DNA of 64,000 nucleotides from Octopus bimaculoides. Taxonomy: Eukaryota. A program made the position numbers and the translations under genes. This document shows, piece after piece, positions 38,071 through 51,495 of the stretch. The DNA lies in assembly GCF_001194135.2 (NCBI RefSeq), contig NC_068983.1, positions 164,239,461 to 164,303,460 on the forward strand, written 5' to 3'. Each line of letters opens with the position of its first letter. Position 1 is the stretch's first letter. Below the pieces are notes generated by a model, which was given only the letters and a program-made list of their open reading frames with translations, did not search any database and was not told where the DNA came from.

Positions 38071-38071
<1 letters not shown>

Positions 38072-38984
38072 TCAGCTAGACAGCAGAGACTTTATTTGTC
38101 TAGAGTGGAACACTGAAGTAATATCCTGTTGAAATGTCCATTCCTGTAATGATTCCACCACACAAAAAGAAATGATAGAGGAAGAGATTCCTCCCTTACA
38201 TTTTCTAATGAGAAAATCCTGAACATCCCCACGTGACTTGGACTAACTGATTACGATAAGAACCAAGTGACCTAACAGGAGTGTAACTGATGGTGTTAGC
38301 TCAATGTGTGTTGGTTTAATAGTTGGCAGTTGAACATTGAAGACTATCGTACCAATATTTGAGTTGTACAGAGGGCATTCTGTGTTAACATATGTTTCTG
38401 TGATACGTTATTTTTAGACAACCACAACCAACTATTTATTTGTATAATAGCATTTTAAACCAGACGTGTATACCCACATCATAACAAATTTGACAGTTCC
38501 ACATTTCGTTTTTTAAATGACTGTAAATAAGCTTAGTACACAATTTGTAATATCATGTGTTTCAGGATTAGCTGACGAATGCAGTTGTGGTTCCATGCAG
38601 TTCCTGAAGGGAACAGTTGAAATGCAACAGAATTATAAATAAACTGATTAAGATTTTACAGTTTATTATTGTTTCAGTTATTATTAATTAATTATCTTTA
38701 TCAATTATGAAGCACATTGGCTAAGAAATTAACGAATGTATTATGCTTGACTACATTGTTATAAACTTAATTCTTACTTCAGTGCTGTAATGTAAGGTAG
38801 ATAACTCTAGTCACCCCAATTTACCTTAAAGAAATAGTTTCCCATTTAAAATTCTTTTTTTCTTTCTTATCTCAGTCATTTGACTGTGGTCATGCTGGAG
38901 CACCAGGAAGGACTTTCAGCAATAAAAAGAATTGTTAAAAAAATAAAGCAATATCCTAGAAAATGAATATATTTTATCTCTTTT

Positions 38985-39358
38985 TTTTTTTTTACTTGTT
39001 TCATTCATTGGAGTGTGGCCATGCTGGGGCTCTACCTTGAAGGGTATAGTTGAACAAATTTATTCTAGTCCTTATTTTTGATCTGGCACTTATTCTGTCC
39101 ATCTCATTTGCCAGACTGCTAGGTTATGTGAATATAGGAAAATTCAACACTGGTTGTCAAATACAAAGGCATGCATGCACACACACACACACACACACGT
39201 GAGAGGCTTCCACACAGTTTCCACCTGCCAAATCCATTCAGAAGGTATTGTTCAGTTTAGGGTTATAGTAGAAGGCACTTGCTCAAAGTACTGTATGATA
39301 GGACTGAACTCAAAAACACAGAGTTACAAAGCAAGCTTCTTAACCACACAGCCATGCC
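38985..39358 (-). mobile_element. SINE family A, diverged full-length copy
   Basis: Tail, (CA)n and head motifs in reverse complement. Confidence 0.7.
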
Positions 39359-40350
39359 AACCACAAAAAAAGAAAAACATATTCTTACAGTTTTGTATTT
39401 AGCAACAGGAAGAGGGATCTAATTCCATAGGGATTCCAACTAGAACATTCTAAGATACAATAAGAAGGCTGCAGCTATGTTTCAAATACATTCAAATATA
39501 TGTAAATATATGCAAATATATTCAAATAAGAAAAGTAGACAAATGAGGATGAATATACTTAATAATATAGTGAGCCATTACAAGAGTGTTGACTTTTCAC
39601 TGTTACTATGGCAACCCACAATATTTCTTCTTTGAGTATACAGTTGGAAGCTGAGTCTACAGAGAGGAGTTCCAACTAGATGAAATGAATCGTGAGTCTC
39701 CAATATTCATTTGGCTTAAAAAGGTCAGCAGAAGGGCATCCAAGAGTCATAGCCCGGATGCAGCCTGGTGCTTTTAGAGTGTAAGAAAAATTAAGGGCTA
39801 AAACACTTGCTTGAAGTGGGATTCCTTCTCTGAAGACCTTCTGCTTTTCAGCGCTCTTGCAAGTTTCTTACCATTATGCAAATGAGAAAAGTAGTCAAAG
39901 ACCATTTTTAAATCTCTCAATGAGAGATATTCAACAACAATATGTTGTAGTAAAGCTTGTTTGCCAACATAACATGGCAGTCCTGGTTTAGGACAAATGT
40001 TGCTGTAATTTAACCCCAGGAGACATCGTCTCCAGCTGGCTATACAACATGATCTGTGTCCTTATATTTTCGAAAAAACCCAACACGCAGCCTGATCTGG
40101 GATTCAAATTCACTGCCTCATAATTGTAAGCCCAACCCTCTAACCATTGATCCATGCATCTTCAAATCGTTATAGACCTAATAATTAAGAGGATTTGTTT
40201 TTAGTATTTTGTAGATGGTACCATGGTGCTATGGGTGACGCATCACTAGGAGCCAAATAACTTATCGGTTACAGACAATATAATTTTATGTTTTGGGGTG
40301 GTTGGGGGACCCACTTTTCCAGCACACTATTTAAAACCATGCAGACTTAA

Positions 40351-40700
40351 TCATCATCATCATCATCATCATTTAACATCTGCTTTCCATGCTGGCATGG
40401 GTTGGACGATTTGATTGAGGACTGGTGAACCAGATAGCTGCACCAAGCTCCAGTCTGATCCGGTAGAGTTTCTACAACTGGATGCCCTTCCTAATGCCAA
40501 CCACTCCGAGAGTGTAGCAGGTGCTTTTATGTGCCACAGGAGCCAGTCCGGCGGCACTTGCAAAGACCATGCTCAAATGTTGTCTTTCATGTGCCATTGA
40601 CACATGTGCCAGTAAGGCAATGCTGGCAACGATCACACTTGAATGGTGCTTTTTATGTGCCACTGATATGAGAGCCAATCCGTTGCCCTGGCAACTTAAT
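40351..40700 (-). mobile_element. RTE 3' tail copy
   Basis: (CAT)n, the tail, and variant units. Confidence 0.8.
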
Positions 40701-41897
40701 GATGGCCTTAATTACAGGTGTTAAATATTACCAGATTGGTATGAAGGTTCACATTTGTTTAGAAGGAAAGGTATATTGATTGCACCTATACAATGTCTCA
40801 TATTTGTAAAAGGATACAAGAGATATAAAATTAATTAATTTCATTACAAGTTTTAATAAGCTTTATGTCAGAAAGATTCTGGACTTCCAAATGAGAGATT
40901 GATAGCTTTTATTTCATTTCCAGGATTATATTCCACAGATAGTTGAGAAATGGATAGGAATGAATTGCTTTAGGAATAGTTGCAGCATTCCTGCATAGTT
41001 GCTGAGTCAGTTGGTTGTGGCTGAAGTTGACTTGCGAATGAAGAACACAACCAAAAATGACTGGGATGAACAAAGCATCTCATTGATGAGGTTGTGAATG
41101 GCAATGAAATGACTTTGACAAACCTGAGTGATCAACAGATTGACCAATTGACTGAACGGTTAATCAATTAATTAATTAGTCAAATATTCAGCCAGTAGAC
41201 AAATAAGTAATAAAGAGGTGAAATAGAACTTGTGTGTGTGTTTTACTAGCATAATGACCCTCCTGAGTTACACCAAAAAACAGAATAGTTTACATGTTTG
41301 AGGAATTACCTGTCATTCAGCTTTCAGGTGCGAAGCAAGGATAATGTTCACTGAAGCAATTTAAGTCAAACAAAATTTGGTATCTTACTCCGAAGAACAA
41401 CACTTTGGAAACAGAATCACTACCATAAAATCAAACAGCCATTTTGTCTCTCAGTCATAATAACTGATTGAGTAAACCAACAACCAGATATTATTTCAAA
41501 CAAGACCTACATATCTCAGTGTGTTATCTCTAATGTGTCCTTCTCTGAAAGTGGCAGGATGTATTACAGCAAGTAGATTTGGCTGCTCTTTCTTGCAGAT
41601 TAAATGTCACCCTAATATCTCTTGTTGGCTCATTTGGTCCTTATTAATGACTTGTAGGGACACCATATTTCGTTATGCCACCATAATATGTTACAAAGTA
41701 TATCAAACGTTTTTATAAGTCAATACTGTGTTCTACTGTGTTAGCAGTGTTATTACACCACTTGTTAAGGTTATCTCTATAGATTTTCTACGGAGAACAC
41801 AGTTGAACGTGGTATTAACTTATAAAAACATTTAATATACTTTGTAGGATATGGTTGCATAACGAAATACCGTATCCATACGGGTCATTAATATTTA

Positions 41898-42612
41898 CTG
41901 CGTTGGTATGGCCATGTACAGCAGATGGATGAGAGCTGTGTGAAGAAGTATCACACCCTAACAGCGGAGGGAACCTGTGGAAGAGGTAGACCCAGGAAGA
42001 CATCGGATGAGGTGGTGAAGCATGACCTTCGAATGCTGGGCCTCACAGAGACAATGACAAAAGACAGACACCTCTGGAGGTATGCTGTGACTGAGAGGAC
42101 CCAGCAAATAAAGTGAGTCCACAGCTGTAACCTACACCAGTGTCACATAACCAGCCCACTCAAAAGTACCTTGGATTGTCCTTGAGGAGACCTATTGAGT
42201 CAAGTACATTAACATCAGCAACATCAAAATCAAATCAAATGGAAATTGTAGTTGTGACCCCTGTGCAGGTAACACGTAAAAAACACCATCTGAATGTGGC
42301 CGATGCCAGTGCTGCTTTGGCTGGCTTCCATGCCGGTGGCATGTAAAAAGCACCGTCTGATCATATGTCAATGCCAGCTCCTCTGGCCCTTGTGCTGGTG
42401 GTACATAAAAAGCACCCACTACACTCTCGGAGTGGTTGGCGTTAGGAAGGGTATCTAGCTGTAGAAACACTGCCAGATCAAATTGGAGCCTGGTGTAGCC
42501 ATCTGGTTCGCTAGTCCTCAATCAAACCATCCAACCCATGCCAGCATGGAAAGCGGACGTTGAATAATGATGATGATGATGATGACTACTACAATGATGA
42601 CAATGACGATGA
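41898..42612 (+). mobile_element. RTE-clade LINE 3' end: RT C-terminus, 3' UTR with two 65-bp units, (GAT)n tail
   Basis: Translates as LRWYGHVQQMDESCVKK...GRGRPRKTSDEVVKHDLRMLGLTETMTKDRHLWRYAV. Shares its UTR with the 10376-10710 copy. Confidence 0.85.
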
Positions 42613-42925
42613 ATCTAATGATCTCTCTCTCTCTCTCTCTCTTCTTTCAAAACTTTTTACACACTATTTCACTTCGCTTTTCCCCTTTTATTTCACTATT
42701 TCTTCCTGTCATATTCCACTTTATTTACTTACTTTTGCCTTTATTTATTTATCTCTTGAGGATTTCGTTGAGAATTTTCAATATCTTTTCACTTTTTACT
42801 TTATTTTTTGTTGTTCATATTTCTCTCTTTTTTTTTTTTTTACAAAGTTTATCTATTCAACAACTTATATATTTGTTTGCTTACCTACTTTTAATTTTGT
42901 TTGTCTATCTATCTATCTGTCTGCC

Positions 42926-42969
<44 letters not shown>

Positions 42970-43070
42970 CATCTCTCTATCTATCTATCTAACTGCTTAC
43001 CAATTACACTCTCTCTCCCTCTCTTTCTCTCTCTCTGTATATATATGTTTATATATATATATATATATAT

Positions 43071-43788
43071 NNNNNNNNNNNNNNNNNNNNNNNNNNNNNN
43101 NNNNNNNNNNNNNNNNNNNNNNNNNNNNNNNNNNNNNNNNNNNNNNNNNNNNNNNNNNNNNNNNNNNNNNNNNNNNNNNNNNNNNNNNNNNNNNNNNNNN
43201 NNNNNNNNNNNNNNNNNNNNNNNNNNNNNNNNNNNNNNNNNNNNNNNNNNNNNNNNNNNNNNNNNNNNNNNNNNNNNNNNNNNNNNNNNNNNNNNNNNNN
43301 NNNNNNNNNNNNNNNNNNNNNNNNNNNNNNNNNNNNNNNNNNNNNNNNNNNNNNNNNNNNNNNNNNNNNNNNNNNNNNNNNNNNNNNNNNNNNNNNNNNN
43401 NNNNNNNNNNNNNNNNNNNNNNNNNNNNNNNNNNNNNNNNNNNNNNNNNNNNNNNNNNNNNNNNNNNNNNNNNNNNNNNNNNNNNNNNNNNNNNNNNNNN
43501 NNNNNNNNNNNNNNNNNNNNNNNNNNNNNNNNNNNNNNNNNNNNNNNNNNNNNNNNNNNNNNNNNNNNNNNNNNNNNNNNNNNNNNNNNNNNNNNNNNNN
43601 NNNNNNNNNNNNNNNNNNNNNNNNNNNNNNNNNNNNNNNNNNNNNNNNNNNNNNNNNNNNNNNNNNNNNNNNNNNNNNNNNNNNNNNNNNNNNNNNNNNN
43701 NNNNNNNNNNNNNNNNNNNNNNNNNNNNNNNNNNNNNNNNNNNNNNNNNNNNNNNNNNNNNNNNNNNNNNNNNNNNNNNNNNNNNNNN
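43071..43788. other. Assembly gap (largest of nine)
   Basis: N runs at 1642-1743, 5453-5907, 10270-10279, 15583-15601, 20523-20948, 43071-43788, 45256-45265, 57205-57769 and 58799-58996. Most are flanked by (TA)n. Confidence 1.
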
Positions 43789-43820
43789 TATATATATATA
43801 TATATAAATACATGGACACA

Positions 43821-43861
<41 letters not shown>

Positions 43862-43867
43862 TATGTA

Positions 43868-43907
<40 letters not shown>

Positions 43908-44674
43908 GAGAGAGATTGATAGGTATATTAGACAGATAGAGAAATGTAGATATCGATATGAGTGTAAATGTTTATTTGTGCAATCACATTCACACATGCA
44001 TATATACATACATACCTCCATGCATACAGACACACGCATGCATACATAAATTTGTACATACATAAACACATACTTCCATTAACATACACACATACATGCG
44101 TGTGTGTGTGTGCTTGTAATCACACTTAAATTGCATATATTTCTATGCACCTAAGTGTGAGGAATGTAAAATATGATTTTGTAAATGTTATTCCATAATC
44201 CAAAATATTTCCCTACATTTATCCCCTCCCCCCTCCCCCTTCCATACAACACAATTTTTCGGAAAGCTCAAGTTTAGAGAAAGAGATGGAGATTTCTTTA
44301 TTCTTGTTTTCGTTTTTTTTTCTGTTCTTTTTTTTCTTTTGTGTTTTTCAATAAATCTTTTTTTCTTAAATAAAATATCCCAGTCACCTATAAATAAATT
44401 CACAAATACACACACACACATATATACCCAAACACACATTCACACATTCATTCACACAATCACACATACACACGCATTCACAAATCCTAGCCATAAATGT
44501 GTCGCAATAGGTATTTATTGATATTTGAATGCGTATATAACTGTACACGTGTGTGATATACATATATCTGTGTACATACATACACACCTGCACAGATATA
44601 TGTATATGCATGTGTGTGTTTGTTTTTGTGAGTATTTGTGTGTATGTATATATATATATACATGCATATACATG

Positions 44675-44712
<38 letters not shown>

Positions 44713-44983
44713 TACACACTCATATATGTGTGTGTATGTATGTATATACTCACAAATATATCCATATATACATATGTATACATGCATATATCTGATGTTA
44801 TAGTCTTCCATGTTATTATTATTATTATTATTATCATTATTATTATTATTGTTTAGTATTTATTTTTTCTTTTAAATATTATATGTTCCATGAGATAAGT
44901 ATCATAACTCTACATGTATTCTTCCTTCCTCTCTCACTCAAATGGCCACCTCCACCGGCATCCAGGTCTTGAATTAATTATGG

Positions 44984-45635
44984 GGATCTTTTTTTAAAAC
45001 GGGGGCCACATTTTTCATTAATGTTTTACGTGGTGTTTTTGGTACCGAAAGACTTTCAAACTTCGTATACTTATCTATTTTGTGTTATAGAATAGAAAAA
45101 TATTTTTGTATTCAAATTTATTTCATGTAAAAAATTGTCTTATTTCGATAATTTCAACCAATCACTGACAAGTATTCAGTTGTTTATATTTACTCCTTTG
45201 GCTGATTAAGCCATAGCTTCGTTTTATTTGCTTTTTTCTTTTTAAATTTGCTGTTNNNNNNNNNNTTATTTGCTTTTTTCATTTTAAATTTGCTTTTTTC
45301 ATTTTCTTTTTTTTCTTCGTTTTATTTGCTTTTTTCTTTTTAAATTTGCTGTTTTACCCTAACCCTAACCCTAACCCTAACCCTATCACCGATAGAATTG
45401 TTTCAGAATCGTTTGTTTATGTAGTCGGCACTTAATGTATATCGGCTGAATGGACGTCAGTGATTGGTTGAAATTACAGAAATACGACAACTTTAACATG
45501 GAATAACTTAGGGATTTCTTTTTTTTTTAAGAAGACTAAGAGAAAAAGATGTTTTATATGACACATTCTACCAGTGTTCCAAGTTTCAAAGTGTTTCGTT
45601 AATGAAAAATGTGGCCCCCGTTTTAAAAAAGATCC
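44984..45635. mobile_element. MITE with 37/38-bp TIRs, 8-bp TSD and internal (CCCTAA)n (Merlin-like or hAT-like)
   Basis: TIR GGATCTTTTTT(T)AAAACGGGGGCCACATTTTTCATTAA at both ends. TSD AATTATGG at 44976-44983 and 45636-45643. Inner inverted repeats at ~45118-45179 and ~45446-45509. Confidence 0.9.
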
Positions 45636-46249
45636 AATTATGGTGTATGTGAGATCCTTCTAGAACTTTCTTTACTAAATCATATGATCTAAGAGTCAAC
45701 AACGGCAGCAAGAAGATGGTGAATCTGCGAAATAATAAGGAGGAATATGAACAGTTCATTCAATTCGATGCCAATACTGTAATTGATAAAGGCAAAACAA
45801 CAAGCATGAAGTCACTCTTTCTAGAAAAGTGCACAGTAAAAGCAACAGCCAGACTGATGTGCACTGATGATGAAGAATGCACAAACAACAGTGTTTTAGA
45901 TGCTGTCAACATTATAGCATAATCTTAGGAGCATATGTTAATTGCTGAGTGTTCCCAGTTCTTTGACATGAAACAAATCTCCTGACGAAAATGTGCGGGG
46001 AGGCACATTTCTGAGTCTTATTAACATCCATGAAAGGAAATGTAATTTTGGCAAGTTCAAAGTTGATCCCCAAACGAAGCTGTCTAAATTAGTCTTTATA
46101 TCAGGTTCGTCTTCAGTCGACAGAAACTTAAGATGGCCAGACTATTAATGTATAATGAAGCATGCAATACATAACATTAGAATTTGTTAATTTGATTTCT
46201 TTAGATCTATCAGAAAGATGGCTTTTGATTGGTAATATGGTTGAAAAAG

Positions 46250-46470
46250 TCAGCGAGCTGGCCGAATCATTAGCACGCAGGATGAAATGCTTAGCGGTAT
46301 TTCGTCTGTCTTTACGTTCTGAGTTCAAATTCCACTGAGGTCAACTTTGCCTTTCATCATTTCGGGGTCGATTAAATAAGTACCAGTTACGCACTGGAGT
46401 CGATGTAATCGACTTAATCCCTTTGTCTGTCCTTGTTTGTCTCCTCTATGTTTAGCCCCACGTGGGCAAT
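46250..46470 (+). mobile_element. SINE family B, plus copy (partial plus copies at 31637-31727 and 48943-49065)
   Basis: GCGAGCTGGCCGAATCATTAGCACG..GAGTTCAAATTCCACTGAGGTCAACTTTGCCTTTCATC. Confidence 0.85.
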
Positions 46471-47316
46471 AAATATGGTTGAAAAATAAAACAAAACTAA
46501 AAATGAAAACAAAAGAAGTTAGTTGAACACAGGTTGCCCAGGTGTAAAGGGAGATAATCACCTCTAGAAGAATTTTGAATTTTCAAATGTGAGAATAACA
46601 AAGAGGATGTCCGGAATATACATATTTCATATTTCTTTTTTTTTCTACTCATTACAAAAATCTTGACTATTTCATTAGTCGTTGGTAACAATGTATAACA
46701 CCATTTCATCCTTATTTAAAATCATCAGCATAACATGACTCTAGGCAAACATATTACACTAAATTTCATGTGATAGGATTCTATGGAAAACAGAAAAACC
46801 ATTCCTAAATCAGCCTAGACATGAAACATATATTTTCCACAAACTATGCTGTAATTGGGGAAGAAGTATAGCGAGTTACACTCTCCTGCATTTCGTGTAA
46901 AATTCTATAATTTCAGGAAAACAGACAATTTCAAGAGGCATTGTCTGTGTTGTTAGGCTAATTATGCTGATTGTGAAACTACAATTCATGAAGAAGCGTT
47001 GGAAAGACTTTTATGGTTCTCTGTGATAAATACTAATGCCAACTTCGAAAATGCTCCTCTGATATCCTGCCTAATAAACAGGCAAATCAGTCTCTGGTGC
47101 TAAACGGTTAATGTTGCTGCCAGTGTCCATTGTGAAGATTTTTCAATTTCTGAATCATTTTAGTCATTATTTGTATGAACCATTCCTTGCTTTCACTCGA
47201 ACAATATTACAAGTTGTTGAAGAAGTGGAAACAAGAAGTGATTTTAATAATGTTTCTAAAAAGCATATATTTCCTGGAAATAAGATTTTATATAAATTTT
47301 GTCTGTTGGGTTGCGT

Positions 47317-47850
47317 CATCATCATCATTATCATCATCATCATCATCATCATCGTCGTCATCGTCATCGCTTAACATCTGTTTTCCATGTTGGCATGGGT
47401 TGGACGATTTGACTGAAAATTGGCGACCCAGAAGGCTGCACCAGGCTCCAATCCGATCTGGCAGAGTTTCTACAGCTGGATGCCCTTCCTAACACCAACC
47501 ACTCTGAGAGTGTAGTGGATGCTTTTATGTGCCACCGGCATGAGGGTCAGTCAGGTGATACTGGCAACGACCACGCTCAAAAGGTGCTTTTTACGTGCCA
47601 CCTGCATGGGAGCCAGTCCGGCAGCACTGACGATGACCACACTCAAATGATGTTTTTCACATGCTACTGGTACATGTGCCAGCAAGGCGATGCTGGCAAC
47701 GATCACACTCGAACAGTGCTTTGTATGTGCCACTGGCATAGGAGCCAATCAGCAGCCCTGGCAACGATCATGCTGGGATGGTGCCTTTTATGTATCACCA
47801 GCAAGGGAGCCAATCAGCAGCCCTGGTGCATTAAACGTTCCACTGGCATG
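47317..47850 (-). mobile_element. RTE 3' tail copy with ~5 units
   Basis: GGTGCTTTT/GCAACGATCA unit motifs repeat across 47520-47830. Confidence 0.85.
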
Positions 47851-48209
47851 AGTGCAATTTCTTCAAATTCTTTTCTTATTTTTGTGGTCAGATTTCTGAC
47901 CAATTAACGGCTATAAAAAATTACTTTATTATTTTAAAAGTAATGCAAAGTTTAACCAACTGTGTATGTCTATTTTGCCAGTGCGCTTCCATTTAAAAAC
48001 TGAGGTGGCTATTAACAAATTTTGGCGTTTAGAGTCTGTGGGGTTAATGACACCCTGTTTGAGTAAAAGTATTAAACATGTTTCTCAAATGATTTTGGTT
48101 GCTAAAAGAGACAGTATTGTGAGCATCTGGGATGGTTAGGTCACATTAACAATCAGATACATACACATAGTTATGCCATGTCTTATATGGAAACCATATT
48201 TTCAGGCAG

Positions 48210-48945
48210 GACAGGTGCTTTTGGCTTTTCAAAAATTCACTTACAAAGTAGATATTGGCAAATACTGTTACATTCTTAAATGAAGTGACATAAACATAAC
48301 CAATGGACTTTACAAAGTGAATTGTCTATGAATGAAACTGAAGAATTCTAGTGCAATATTCCAAATGTATGGAGACAATTCTATCAAACATACCTGGTCT
48401 CTTGGAATATCAGGTTGATATTATTCCATGCTCCATTATTAACTAAACTCAATAGAAGAGAAAATATGGTTTTGTAGCAAATATATCTGAGACCAAGCAA
48501 AAGTGAATTCACAGAGTGGATTAAATAGAATTTCTGACTGTCAGCTTATCTAAGGATGGCATAAAACTTTTGAAATTGCTGCCAAATAATATTTGGTCTC
48601 TTGTGGTTCCAAAATGTGCTAAAGGTTTTAGAATATTTCCTTGACTTAGTTGGATACAACAGAAGATTTATATCAATTTACAAAGATAAAGGTGAGCCAT
48701 TAATTTTAGCCAGAAAGATGAATATCTTTTGGAATCACAAGCGAGAAACTGCTTCCATTCGATTGAAAAATGAGTTAACAAAATCACCAGGGTCGAAAAC
48801 TTTCCCTCAGATGATGATGGTGATATTAAAGTCGATGCATCAAAATATGTTGTTCTTCATCCATCACAAAAGGATCATTATGTTTGTCTCTCAGTCAGAC
48901 AACATGTCTGATCTAATATGGAAGGGAAAGCAATCACCACCTTCC
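48210..48945 (+). pseudogene. Ty3/Gypsy LTR-retrotransposon RT/RNase H fossil
   Basis: EYFLDLVGYNRRFISIYKDKGEPL..ARKMNIFW..ETASIRLKNELTKSP resembles FLGLVGYYRRFI..PL..F.W..AF..LK..LT..P. An upstream FSKIHL..YWQI remnant and a downstream VDAS remnant are present. Confidence 0.7.
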
Positions 48946-49124
48946 TGAGTTCAAATACTGCTCAAGTCAGCTTTGCTTTCCATCATTTCAGAGTCAATAG
49001 AACAAGTACTGGTTTCACTTTGGGGGCCAATGTAATTGAGTTGTCCTCCCCTCCCCCCACCGCCAGCCAAGAAAAAATTCCAGGCATTGTGCACTCAGTA
49101 GAAAGAACTATTATCATTAAGTGG

Positions 49125-49442
49125 CACTTGTGCCAGTGGCACATGAAAAAACATTTGCGCGAGGTCATTGCCAGTGCCGCTGGACTGGCCCCTGTGCAGG
49201 TGACACGTAAAAAACACTATTTTGAGCATAACCGTTGCCAGTACCGCCTGACTGGCCCTCGTGCTGGTAATGTCAACCACTACACTCTCGAAGTGGTTGG
49301 CATTAGGAAGGGTATCCAGCTGTAGAAACTCTGCCTGATAAGATTGGAGCCTGGTGTAGCCATCTGGTACGCCAGTCCTCAGTCAAACCATCCAACCCAT
49401 GCCAGCATGGAAAGCAGACATTCAACGATGATGATGATGATG
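49125..49442 (+). mobile_element. RTE 3' tail copy
   Basis: About two units, the tail, and (GAT)n. Confidence 0.85.
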
Positions 49443-49556
49443 TGGTGAGCAGGCAGAGTCGTTAGCACATTGCTACCGAATAAGTGTCACATATTTTTAC
49501 AGATAAATTCCTCTATTTACATAATATCAAGGTCTCTTTCTTTCTTTTGTTGTCCT

Positions 49557-49595
<39 letters not shown>

Positions 49596-50323
49596 TGTAT
49601 GTATATATATGTATGTATGTATATATGTATGTATATGCACACACTCGTATCTATCTGTCTATATGAATATACACAAAGCCATATACATATACACACAGGT
49701 ACCAAACCTGATATAAACTGTAGGTCCAATGCAGGGGCTGGTCCCAGGTGTGGCATTTGTGTAGAAGAAAACAAAACAAGTGTGTTACAAAATTCATAAC
49801 AGCATTGAACCCCCACTTGTGTTCTTTTATATAAACTCACTCACTCACCGACTCACTCATTCACATACTCACACACTCAACCACTCATTCACTCACTCAC
49901 TCACTCACTCACTCACTCACTCACTCACTCACTCACCCACTCACTCACTCACTCATATATATATATCATAGCTGTGTGTTCATGAAGAAAATTGTGATTC
50001 TACCAAGCAAATGCGAAAAGTAATTCACGATTTCCTAATTTTATTAGTGTAGAAAAAAAAACATTCATTTTTTTTTTATTATTATTTAAGAAAATGTATG
50101 TCTTGTTTTTCATTTTTTTTATCTAAAAAAAATCTATGACTGTGTTTCCATACAATTAAGTAATTGTCCACAGAAAACTTTATGTAGAGTAAATAATGGT
50201 GAATAATGGTCAATAATGATGGTGGAGGCCATCATCTTGAGGATATTGGTAATGGTGATGATAATAGTAATGTAGACGGTGACAATGATGATGATGATGA
50301 TGATGATGAGGATAATGATGATG

Positions 50324-50355
<32 letters not shown>

Positions 50356-50632
50356 GATGATGATGATGGTAATGGTGATGATTATATTAGTGGAGATGGT
50401 GATGATGGTGAAGAAAATGATGATGATGGTGATGATGATGATAATGATGATGATGATGGTGATGATAATGATGATGATGATGGTGGTGGTGGTGATGATA
50501 ATGATGATGATGATGATGATGATGATGGTGATGGTGATGATGATGGTGGTGGTGGTGGTGATATTATCGTTGTCTTCATCCTCCTCCTCCTGATAGTCTG
50601 GCTTGGTCATAGCCCAGAGGCAGGAAGCATTA

Positions 50633-50675
<43 letters not shown>

Positions 50676-51059
50676 TGACCAATATTTCTTTGTTTGTTTT
50701 TGCATTCATAAAATATCTAGGAATACATTAACCAATGCGTATTCAGTGTTAAAAGTTATTAAGAAGTGATTCTGAGATGAGATTTAGTTGCTATTTCTAA
50801 AAGCTTGAGTAATGTCCTCGAGGCTCCATTGTAACAGAATTAATACAAGAATAAATAGATTTGTTCTGTGCTGGTTAACAGCAAATTGATGGTAGTTGCA
50901 GCTGGTAACTTTAATGGGTAACAAGAAAGAAAAACCCAAACTAGATATATACTGGTTTGTACAAACAAACAAGCCTGGCTCTGCTTCTCTACTTGACATG
51001 CTAGGAATAGCAGCCAAGGATACTTCAGTTCACAAACTACAGATTATGTTTGTGTCCCT

Positions 51060-51400
51060 TAAAAAAAATTGGGGATTATGGCAAAGCAGAGATGTCTGCT
51101 AGAAAAGGGTGAAACTCCTGTGGAATTTTGATGCCAAGACAAGCAGAACCATTGACAGACATAGAGTAGACATCATTGTATGTAAGATAGAGGAAAGAGA
51201 ATCTCTCATAACAGGCATTACCGTTTCTGCAGATCTGACAAAAGTATTGCTGACAGGAAAGAGGAAGATACTGAAATATGCTGAATTAAAATCTAAAATA
51301 TCAAGAAAGTGGAAATGCCCGGCAGCAAAACTGCCATTTATCATCAAATTCGATCTTCAAAAGACTGTTGTATTGCCTGAAAAGGCTAGACAGCAAAAGT
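51060..51400 (+). pseudogene. Highly decayed RLE endonuclease fossil
   Basis: KLLWNFDAKTSRTIDRHRVDIIV..KILKYAELKSKISRKWKC. Confidence 0.6.
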
Positions 51401-51495
51401 GATTGGTGAATATTTCAATATGCTTCACATGAAAAATTTCATATTCTTGGAAAGGTTCTTTCTCTCCAAGACATTTGTTAAAGCAATTATGAATT

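Noticed and set aside
45357-45385. Telomere or chromosome-fusion scar
   Set aside because: Only ~5 units, and they lie inside a MITE bounded by TIRs and a TSD.
45716-45922. 68-aa ORF (MVNLRNNKEEYEQFIQFD...)
   Set aside because: It is followed by multiple stops and no family is recognisable. It may be a decayed transposase but I cannot support that.
45975-46020. CTGACGA followed by a perfect 8-bp hairpin
   Set aside because: No GAAA or cleavage triplet follows the stem, so it is not a hammerhead.
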